A stretch of DNA of 64,000 nt, taken from Patellaria atrata CBS 101060. Lineage: Eukaryota. Location: assembly GCA_010093705.1 (NCBI GenBank), contig MU006093.1, positions 827,301-891,300 of the forward strand, given 5' to 3'. Position 1 is the first letter of the stretch. The number at the start of each line of letters is the position of its first letter. Under the pieces are notes generated by a model. That model saw only the letters and a list, made by a program, of their open reading frames with translations, had not been told where the DNA came from and made no database searches. Positions 1 to 10,720 of this stretch are shown here, piece after piece. Position numbers and translations under genes: made by a program.

Positions 1-697
1 TAATCTTGTGTTCGCCTCTGCGGTATTCGACGTCCACATATATAGGCGCCGCATAGGTCATATCTCGAAGTCGGCATTCATTTGGAGTAATCGAGGACTT
101 GTAATTCTTTAAATCGTCTTCCACCATTCGGTTCGGAGAGAGCACCCGGATGTCAGTATACTTCCACCAGAATTTATTGTCCACATCACTTCGGACATAT
201 TGATTGGCCTTGACAATATTCTTAAGCTCAACATCAACAAAGTAGTTGAATGAGTCAATGTGCTGCTTCACCAGTCCCTTGACTTTTAGGAAAGCTGGAA
301 GAAGGTTCCATTTGTCTCTAGCTGTGTCAATGGGATCGGTAAGGCTTTTACCATAGTAAAAAGGCTCCAGAAGCGCGTCGAAAGCGTCATCACGCCCTAT
401 GCTTGTATGTGGCCTATTCTGTCGCTGAACTGCAGATCTTGGTAGTTCGGGGGCTTGATTTGGAGGTAATGAAGGTTGGGAGGTAGATGATTCTGGTTCA
501 CGGAGGGTTCCAGCTGTAGCTGATAGAGCAGGATCTTTGAGTCTGCGTGGTGCCCGCGGCTTTTTCACTTTGGTGGGGTCCTACGAGAGCGTCATTCAAA
601 TGTTCGACGAGATATGGCACACAAATCATACCTTTGCAGTGATTTCAGAGGTCTCTGGGGCTTCCAGATGCGTAGGTTTCCTTGCTTTCGGTGGCAT
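1..697 (-). CDS. RPC2: RNA polymerase III second-largest subunit, 5' part (continues off the left edge)
   Basis: Manual translation: ATG at 697 (MPPKARK...), intron 581-631, then DKWNLLPAFLKVKGLVKQHIDSFNYFV...ITPNECRLRDMTYAAPIYVDVEY, the conserved N-terminus of RPC2/RET1. Not in the ORF track. Confidence 0.93.
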
Positions 698-2705
698 ATT
701 GTACGTGCGCGTATAACTAGGTAAGGTAACCTTTATGAATGATCCTCCAGAAATCTTTTGGTTGGTATGCCGAGGAAGAGATCTTAGATTCTTGGCAAGT
801 CAGATAAGATAGGCGAAATGATATTCCGAATAGTCCGAGCGGCTCCCACTAGTCAGGGACCATGCGGTGGTTGTGGTGTTGCGGGGGGAGATCATGGTGA
901 AGGCATGCCGATGTTGACCTAAGCTGCTGTACATCTCACAAAAGCGGTGAGAGACTTTGAACCGGTGAACATATTTTGCAAGGTTTAAGGATAGATAACA
1001 GCTAGAAAAACATGAAGATATAGATACAGCTTGACAAAATGAACATCCTTCTGTTCATCTTGCATATGCGTGGCTTTATTCAACGTACTTTGCAGCTTGG
1101 ACCTTGCTGCAAAGGCTCTTCAAACATCCCACATACGGAATACATTGCCCCACCAGTCATGTTCAACTCTACAGATCAGTAGTGGCGCATATTTGCCCAA
1201 ATACTGCATCACTAAACGATCGAGTTCGAAATAGTAAGGTAGTATGAGAACTCGACTTTCGCCGGTATCCATAATCATCCATTTAGTTTGTATTTCTAAG
1301 TTTCCACAAGCAAATCGAGGGCTGGCAGCTCGGTGCTATAACCTTACCTTACCTGATTGCCCCTCACTCTCATTACCTCTCTCCTCTTTACTCCATGTTG
1401 TAATCCGGAATTCTGGAAAGACTTGTTACCCGCGCAAAGAAATGATCCTCATACAAAAATGCCAAAGAAGTCAACTGGAGAGATAGCCGCCAAGGTGGCC
1501 AGAAGTTGCAGATCATTTACTAACTTGCAGAACCTACTGTATGTCGTGACCTGAATTGCGCCCACAAACTCCCTTTAGCTTCCGCTTGAAATCGCCGAGT
1601 GCGTGCGGTTCTGTTCAAAACCAAAGGCACTTTCCTCCTGCAATCTAGAGAGTCTGTACGTTTTGTTCCATAAGGTACTTACGGCTCCTTGTCTAAACCA
1701 AAATAGGGGACCAAAGTACAGTCCTTTTTTTTTTTTTGATCATATCTGCGCTGTAAGTTGTACTTGTACTTGTACATGTACTTTGTACATGCAACATCGT
1801 ACTGTACCACTTGACTCGCGGAGGGGGGAGTTATGTATGTAGAGTGCGAACCGGGGGGCAAGGTGTTTCTCACTTGCTCTCCTAGATTGTCGTTTACCAA
1901 TTCGTAATAAGATAGACAACGTGCAGTAGTCCTCTTGAAGTCGATCGAATAGAAGTTGTACAGGATGGCAATCGATATGAATACTCTTCCGGCCAGAAGT
2001 TCTAAGTGGTGGCGTTTCTTGGAGTAGGTCCTCTTGTACCTTGAGGTTAACGTAGGTCGAAACGTCGAATTATTATCTCCACTGAACGCTTTTCGTTTTT
2101 CGCTTCTCTCAGGGTCTCTTGGTCCTTGCGCTTAGAACTAACCTCCACTACCTTAATGGCCCTTGCGATTTGCGTCGTCCCATGGCTAAAGATGGCTTGA
2201 TTTAATTCTCTGGTAGACTTCGGCCTCGTCCTTCGATCTTCAACTGTACTTTCTCTTTCCTCTCTGTCATTCTTTGTGTACATTTTCGGTGTTTGGGTCT
2301 TATTCAACAGAAATTTGGCTGGGAAAGCACCGAGCGTTTCTCGGCAGCTCCAAGCGCTGTAGTGTAGCACGACTTCTACCAAAACTTTCCCTGGTCAAAG
2401 GCGAACGGCCTGCCTCACAACCTCCTGGCTCTTTCGATCTCACTCAATACTGCTGCAGTCCCGCATCACTCTTTCAGGGCACTCGCCCTCTGTACTTTAC
2501 TGTATACAAGTCAGTTTTCCTTTAGGTGAGCTTCCATATCTTCTATACTTACCTAGAAATCCATCCTGTCACCTCACCATATAGTACGTGTAAGGTAGAG
2601 GCTCGCGCTCCCCCACACCGCCCAACCCCACACACTCTAGACGACCTCGAACTTTACTCTTGGCTCTTATACTGATATTTCGAGAAGTCCTGTAGAGATT
2701 CCGAT

Positions 2706-5700
2706 ATGGCGTTCACCAACGGGCTTGGGGACCGCGATCGCGTCGACCACATGCGCTTCCGTAGTGTACAGTCTCCTCGAGAAGAGTCCACCTTTTCGAT
2801 TAAATCTCCTATTCGAGGCATTGGAAGCCAAATATCAGGGACAAATCCTCCTTCTTCGACTGATCCGCGGATGAGCTTGCAAAGACGATTTACAACGAAT
2901 ACTGTACCTACCATACCTACAACATCATCGTTATCCCCAATTGGGCAGCAGCGGAGACAAGCAAATGAGTCTTCAGATCTGACGTCTGCGGTAAGTGAGA
3001 TATATCTTTTAAAGTTTGATTTCTACCCGTGATGGAGAGGTCACAAGACGAGGTTGTTCTTGGAAAGGCTTGAATGTTGAAATTGTTCTTTCACATAACC
3101 CCTTGCATTTGCCATCTGTGACATTCCTCTCTATAAGTGACTGACTTCTCGTAGACTTATCATAAAGTACAACTTGTAAGCTCCTCTTCCCTAGATGGTC
3201 ACCGTGTATCTCGGATACTCAATCCCTCCAATATACGTGACTCTGTACCCTTCCATTTGCTCTGGTGATACGTCAGTGTGTATAAGTCTCGTGGACAACT
3301 ATCATATCTCAATATCCACTTTACCTAAAGCCCCCCACCTGACTTCTTCTGCCCCTCTTTCAAGATAGCAGATTTTTTATTCAAAGACTCTGTTTGCTGT
3401 TACCTCAATTGAGCACTCCCTTAAACCTCATCTTAAACACACATCTGTCTTGATTGCTTTCGATCACTCTATCTCCTGACCGATACCGTATCTGGGTAAT
3501 TAATCCAATTATCTCTGACTGGTGATAGCTCGAGAAGAAAAAGATGGAGTATGAAATGCTAAAGGAGCAGCGGCGACGCTTTGAAGCTGAAATGGAGCTT
3601 CTAGACCTGCAAACTCGCAACAACGAGGAGCAGATCAGCCACCTCTCCCGCGACATCAATCCATATAACTACTCCGGCCATCAAAGCGAGCCTACAACTC
3701 CTCCAGAGTATGCTCGCGAGATCAATAACGGCTTTCCGTCTTCGTTATCCAAACCAAATCGTTTCTCTGCCAGCATGGCTAGCCTAAATGGCTTGACGTC
3801 GCCTCCTGGAATATCAACTCGCCCTAACCGTTCCGGATCTCAACTCATATCCCCATCCTTCAACCCTCACACACAATTGCCATCAAATTCTGTACCTGGC
3901 TCTCGCCGCAATTCTGATGAGGAAGAGCAGACCTACGAATATGAGTTCGGCAATGCAAAGCCTCGCTCGACAACGTAAGTCATTTCCTTCACCGTTCTGC
4001 CCACCTCTGGAGGCATCACTACCTCCTTGGGTCACGCAACATTCCGTAGAACCATTGTGTCGGCATTACCCCACCCAGAATCACATTCCGCTACGTTTGT
4101 CGCGTTATCCGCTGACCTCTTCTTCAGTGTTAACAGGAACTCCATGCCGGTGACCGGACTTGATCTTCGCGGGCGTAGTGACATAACAGATCTCGCCTCA
4201 GTTCTTGGACACATCAACACCACCGGCTTTTTGTTCGGTGACGACGACGACAAACCTGCCAACAACAACATTTTGAACTCGCTTTCATCTCCAGACGCCA
4301 AAACCTACCTACAGATGAATACCACTGATGACAAGTTCCCCATTCTTGTTCGACGTGACGGTGACGGTAATATGCAACTTTCTGCTTCTTCTGCAGCCCT
4401 CGATCTCGCATTGTCCTCCTCACCTGGCCCCGAGTTTCAGTCAAACGGCTGGCCCTCATTTCCCCGCCATCGTCAGGCTCAGCATTCTCTTCCTATGAAC
4501 GCACTTCGGTCATCTAACAATAACGAAGAAGCGGGGTCAACAAACGGGTCAGGTGCTGCCACTCCGACCAGGTCACAAGCATCATCAAGTCGCCACTCTA
4601 TAGAGTCAGCCTTTTCTCCATTTAACGACACCAACAAGCGTCCAACTTTGTTAACCACTCCACCCAACGGCATGCCAAAACTTCAATCTTCCTACTCCAC
4701 CAACGATTTGCCCACCATGAAGAGTGTTAACGGTATAAACGACGTCTCTAGCCCTACTCCAAAGACCCATGCGGAGAAGTACCTTCACAATCACAACGCA
4801 AGCTTGGGACGCATTCCACCCAACGCTGTTCCACGCCATTCTCGTGAGTTATCTGGAGGTGAGAACAGGGTTGAAGAACAACAGAACAATTTTCGCCCAT
4901 TGCAGAGTGTTCTTCAAGCGAGTGCTGCGCCATTTGGTCCTCCATTGACCACCGCTACTGCTGCAACAACATCTGCAATCATCTCACCCACTAGCAATCA
5001 CACCAGCAATCACGTCGATGCAATCAACTCATCTCCAATGTCCGGATACTCCAATAATTCTCCGTACTATGGTGGATATGCCATGGCAATGCTGAACTAC
5101 AACATGAACAATATGAACATGGCAGGGCAGAACCAATGGGCAAATCAGCAGATGCAGATGTATCAAAATCCATATGCTCAATTTGCTCACGCCTATCAAC
5201 AGCAGACGACCACACCATATGGCCGCTTCCCTGACAGTCAAGCACGAGTTATGCAACAACGTCGTATGCAGAATCAAGCCGATGGTGAGTCATTGAATTA
5301 TATCAACGTTATCCAAAGATACGTAACTAACCTTTCATCCAAACAGATCAATCCAGACTCAATGGTGCTAGTCTTGAGTCGGTTCAAGATGAGATCTACA
5401 ACCTATGCAAGGACCAACACGGTTGTCGCTATTTGCAGAAGCGTTTGGAAGAAAAGAACCCCGATCACATTCGAATGATCTTCGAAAAGACAAATGAACA
5501 TGTTGTCGAGCTCATGACCGATCCTTTTGGCAACTATCTTTGTCAGAAATTGTTCGAATTTTCCAACGACGAGCAACGCAGTACTCTGATCAACAATGCT
5601 GCGCCTCAAATGTTCACTATTGCTCTCAACCAACATGGCACACGCGCTCTGCAGAAGATGATCGAGTTTATTTCTACACCGACTCAAATCCAACAAATCA

Positions 5701-6707
5701 TCAGGGCTCTCGACGGTCAAGTTGTCAAACTCATTCAAGATCTTAATGGAAACCACGTTATCCAGAAATGTCTCAATCATCTCTCTTCTGCAGATGCTCA
5801 GTTCATCTTTGATGCTGTTGGTAAGATGTGTGTTGCCGTAGGCACTCATCGCCATGGCTGCTGCGTCCTTCAGCGCTGCATTGACCATGCTTCGGGCTAT
5901 CAAAAGGCGCAGCTCGTCAGCCAGATCACCGACAATGCATTCCAGCTGGTTCAAGATCCCTTTGGCAATTATGTTGTCCAGTATATTTTAGATCTAGCAG
6001 AACCAATGTTTACCGAGCCGCTTTGCCTCACCTTCCGCGGAAGCATTCCTGCTCTTTCCAAGCAGAAGTTTAGTTCCAATGTTATCGAGAAATGCATCCG
6101 CTGCGGCTCTCTTGATACAAAGCGTTTGATGATCGAGGAGCTACTCAATCCTTCTGAGTTGGAAAAGTTACTTCGAGACTCTTATGCTAATTATGTCATT
6201 CAAACCGCTATGGAACATGGTGATGAGACCTCCAAGTTCCTTCTCGTCGAAGCCATCCGTCCTCTTATCGCCGGTGTTCGTCAAACTCCGTATGGTCGTC
6301 GCATCCATCAAAAGATTATGGAATACGATAGCCAACGCGATGGTTCTGGCGGACATACTAGCCCTATGGGTATGGGTAGTCCTATGGGCATGGGTAGTCC
6401 TATGGGTATGGCCAGTCCTATGGGCATGGCCAGTCCTATGGGCATAGCTACTCCTATGGGTATGGCTACGCCACCGATGCAACTTCCCGCACAGCTAAAT
6501 GGTATGTACAACGGTGGCCCAAACGCTGCCTATGGTAGCCCGACTGGAAACCACTACGGTCAAGCCAACGGCTACGGACCTGTCATTGCTTCTCCACAAC
6601 CACATCGTTTGAGCAACCCTCCTCTCCCAAATCATCTTCAAAACACTGTAAATTCGGCTTTGCCTTACAGTCGTGGTGGACAGATGAACGGTCTCGGCTA
6701 TTATTAG
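2706..6707 (+). CDS. PUF4: Pumilio/PUF RNA-binding protein (Puf4/Mpt5 type)
   Basis: Exons 2706-2990, 3155-3175, 3529-3974, 4128-5284, 5347-6707 join in frame with GT-AG introns. C-terminal Pumilio repeats (CKDQHGCRYLQ, MTDPFGNYLCQ, NQHGTRALQ, DLNGNHVIQ, HRHGCCVLQ, DPFGNYVVQ, QKFSSNVIE, DSYANYVIQ). Confidence 0.9.
6360..6474 (+). repeat. 18-nt coding tandem repeat, about 6 units of [ST]PMG[MI][GA]
   Basis: AGYCCTATGGGYATGGSY units encode SPMGMG SPMGMG SPMGMA SPMGMA SPMGIA TPMGMA. Confidence 0.9.
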
Positions 6708-7960
6708 CGCTATATGTACTGATCGAACGACGTAACGACTTTGACGACTTTGACGGCCAACCAACGGCAAATCAATTACCATCACTCCGATACTATTCAT
6801 CTTGTGGCGAAGATGTCGACCCGGGCACCTGTCTAAATCACGTCCGAGTCTCATCATAATCCATTCGTACAGAATAACACGCACGCACAAATCTCATTTA
6901 CGAAATGTCACGGCCACGATCACCGATAGAATCACGATAGCTACACGCATCGCCCACCGGATGTTAATGCCTTTTGTACACTACACTTTTTCAGTAGAAG
7001 CTCTATCACCTCTAGGCATGTCTTGTGGGCGATTGCAAGGCCTCACGGCTTTTGGCGCTGATTGAGGTCTTTTATTTTCCTCTTCAATTTCTCCCCTGTA
7101 CTTTGATTCCCGACCGAACACGAAACCCTTTTCCCTATATGCACCACCACCAGCTTCATGATCCCCTATCATACTTTCATCACCCAGGTTCAAGAATCAT
7201 GTCTTTCTGGTCTTTCTCTACTACTGCATTATCAAAAAATATCCTTCTCTGGTTTACCCATGGATTCGGCGAAAATTTCTTCTAAAATCTCTGACATCAT
7301 GGCGGGTTCGATACTTTGGCTTACTACCTTATGTGGCCTGTTCATGTTCATGGATCCCTCTTGAATTTCTCAAGGATTATCAAGTTTATATAGGGAAAGT
7401 AGTTAGGTACCTTGGCGGACGACGGACTAGCTGTCGGGCCATCAAATGCGTACATCATCTACATTGCCGCCCTTTTATAAAGCCCGTGACATGAAACGTT
7501 TTACCTCATTCCGAAAACGTCGATGTATGATTCCCGCGCCAGCCTACTAATAATAGCAAGCAAGAACTCGGTAGATCCCCGGTAAGCGGCCACTTGGCGT
7601 TCATCCAAGACTCCTCATCTGAAATTTGGCATTTTCACGATCGAGTCTATCAAATCCATCTCGCGGCCAAGTTTAAAACCCATATTATCATTGATTGTCC
7701 TGGCATAAACCAATTATGTGGGCTAGTGACACTGACGGCAGCTCATCTACGACCGTACAAGAATTCAAGAAAAGCACTGCTATGTTTACTTAAAGTAAGA
7801 TGATTACAGGTGTAGCATGCGGAATGACGGGTCGACAGCTCTATATAAGGGTTCGTTGTCCTCAGCTTTCAGTATACCTTCTCTCTCTTCACGCTCATTG
7901 CGCACGTAATAACATTCCTTCTGCATTTCATTCATTTTTAATTATCTATTCTTCCCTAAG

Positions 7961-8534
7961 ATGTCTTTCCTTCATGCCGCAATCTCTTGGGAGCTCCCAG
8001 TGTCGCTGTGAACCCTTACGGTACATTTCAGGGCGTCACTATTGGGAACAATACTTTTTCGGTTACAACCCCTTTTCCGATTCCAGAATCCTCCTCCTAA
8101 AGTTATGCGATGGACCGCCGACAATCTTGACAATGGCTTCGTTACCCCGGATGCCTTTTCCAATCCTGATATCATCTGCCACAAGGGAGCTCTCATTGTC
8201 GCTGTGAAGGCCACGGTACATTGCAGGGGGTCACCATTGGGAACAATACTTTTTTGGTTGCAACGCCTCTTTTCGATTCCAGAACCCTCGTCCTAAGTTC
8301 CAGCTGAGACCGGCACCCCGTCACCAACGCCCTCATCCACCTCAGGATACTTCTCCACTGAGGAGAACTTAGCGTATGTCGACTCCTCCATCAACAAATA
8401 CTTTGTGCAGAACCAAGTTAACCAACACCTACGTACCCAGGACTTCAGTATTGCTAATCTCCTGGAATATCAATGCAATGTTCTCTCACGCCCATCCACA
8501 AAACTATCCCCGTGACCTTGCGGTTCGTGGATAA
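7961..8534 (+). pseudogene. AA9 (GH61) lytic polysaccharide monooxygenase pseudogene with internal duplication and deletion
   Basis: Fragments HGTLQGVTIGNN and GYNPFFRFQNPPPKVMRWTADNLDNGFVTPDAFSNPDIICHKGA match the AA9 N-terminus. Frameshifts in the signal peptide and after GNN. Remaining catalytic core absent. TATATAA at ~7842. Confidence 0.8.
7989..8299 (+). repeat. Degenerate direct repeat (~115 bp x2, period 196 bp)
   Basis: 7989-8104 and 8185-8299 align (GGGAGCTC..TGTCGCTGTGAA..ACGGTACATT..ATTGGGAACAATACTTTTT..CGATTCCAGAA..TCCTAA). Confidence 0.9.
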
Positions 8535-9663
8535 CTAGGAAATTCAACCTCTTTAAAAGTTTTGAGGAACCGCAGTATGGGACGTTCGATCCTCTCTATA
8601 TTTATTATAACTTTTCCGACCTTTACTATCGTCGCGAATCGACTATTTTTATGTACAAAGAGGTTTTTCACGATTCAGGTAATTCAGTTATCATTGTTAA
8701 CTAAAATACAGCGATGAATGATGTCATTTTTATGTGAGGAACTTATTCCATACCTATTGGTTCTTCTCTCCTGATGTGACTTTTTGAGCGCATTATTCCC
8801 TGTAGTCTGTAACCTCCCCCTCATTTTCAACATACATTATTACCTGCCGTGCCTGTTTCGGTGTGTTTCCAACCTATTGGGTCCACGTGCTTGTTCCTAA
8901 TCCGGAAGTTTGTAATATAATCACTCTCATGATGTGTTTTCGCTTCGTTATCTTTCTACAAAGTTTGGTTTATTACAACTCTAGTGTCCTCAGTCACAGT
9001 ACGAACCTTTTGAATAGACTGTAGAAACGCTGAAAACACTTCTCGGATAATTTCTACTGTAGTACAAGGATGATATAAGTTGAAGGATCCGGCGTGGGTC
9101 AGCAAAGTGGCGAAGCAAGGGCCAACTTATGTTAGGTACTAAACACGCAACAAATAGGTACAGCAATCCAGTAGTAATCCTCCTTCTGCAATACTAGTGA
9201 GATCACTAGCTAAACTAGCTGTTGCTACTGGGGTTGCCTTATGCTCTTAAGTGATATTCGGGCCTCTGCTCACAGTTAGGTGTGGTCCCGTTCCACGTTG
9301 CATCGATCTTTCCTTTCGAGCAGCTACAATGCTACAGTGAGTTAGGGATTTTGGGTATGTTATGACGCACTTGCTTGTAGTATGTTACTTCCTTTAAGTG
9401 TTATTCCTAGCTATCCCCATGTTTTAACTTGGTGCGCAATGCCCTACGTTGGTATTTAAAGATGAAAATGCCCGCAGTTGTATAACTTGCGGGGTGACTA
9501 CAACAGTATTTCAACCAGTACTTTGGAGTATCATCCAGAACTTAGATCCTTTCTTTCTGCTCTCATGGTGTCTTTCAAATCATAGAAATACCGACAATCT
9601 GTCCAAACCCGTTCTACTAACATCTACAGAGTGCGTCTTTCCGACCTCTTAGTTAATCTTACA

Positions 9664-10720
9664 ATGGTCTTCTTCAAGCTGTTAGCATCTGTCTCACTCT
9701 CCTGCCTCTTCCATGTAGCAAAAGCTCAGGGTGGACTTGTCCTCGACCTCAACTTCCCAGACCCTGCCATCATTCAAGTGAATAATCGATGGTACGCATT
9801 CGCAACGACCAATGGACAGGCAAACGTACAAATAGCGTCCTCCGATGACTTCAGCACATGGAGTCTTCATGAAGGCCAAGATGCTCTTCCGGACTTACCG
9901 TCGTGGGTGAACGCTGGTGGTGCAAACGTATGGGCACCAGACGTCATTCAAAACGTACGTTTGACAACCCCTATTCCCCACAGCAGACCATCACATCAGT
10001 AAGTTAAACAACATAGCAATACGCTAACCCCGCACCCAGGACGCCGGCGAATTCGTCCTTTACTTCTCTGCCACCGAAACGTCGTCGGACCACCACTGCA
10101 TTGGTACGGCGATCTCCTCCTCCGTGACTGGTCCTTACGTCCCTGCCTCTTCCGCCTTCGCCTGCCACCGCGAGGAAGGCGGCTCTATCGACGCCGCGGG
10201 CTTCCGCGACCCTGCGTCGGGCAACACCTACGTCGTCTACAAAGTGGACGGTAATTCAATCGGGAACGGCGGCCTCTGCAACAACGACGTCCCGCCCATC
10301 GTGCCGACACCTATCATGATGCAGCGGGTAGAAGCAGACGGCGTGAGCAAGATCGGTGACGCATTCCAGATCCTGGACAGAGACGAGCGGGATGGGCCGC
10401 TGGTCGAGGCGCCGAGTCTCGGCAGGATCGGCGGGAGGTACGTGCTGTTTTTCAGCAGCAGCTGTTACAGTTCGACGCTTTATGATGTCTCATATGCCAT
10501 CGCGGACGCGGTCGAAGGCCCGTACACCAAGTATGGACCGCTGTATGTGACGGGGGATCTGGGGATGACGGCTCCGGGTGGGGCAGATATTGCTGCGGAT
10601 GAGACCAGCTTCGTGTGGCATAGCAATAGAAACGGGGCGGACATTGGAGGTGGAAGGGCTATGAGGGCCGCCAAGGTCAGTTTGAGCGGGAACGTCATCA
10701 AGGCCGTACCTGTGAATTAA
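9664..10720 (+). CDS. Secreted glycoside hydrolase family 43 (arabinanase/xylosidase-like)
   Basis: Signal peptide MVFFKLLASVSLSCLFHVAKA; motifs NFPDP, WAPDV, SIDA, LVEAP; intron 9955-10039. Confidence 0.88.

Noticed and set aside
2545..2554. ATACTTACCT, identical to the U1 snRNA 5' end
   Set aside because: No U1 stem-loop I/II motifs or Sm site follow. It lies in a probable 5'-UTR intron of the PUF gene.
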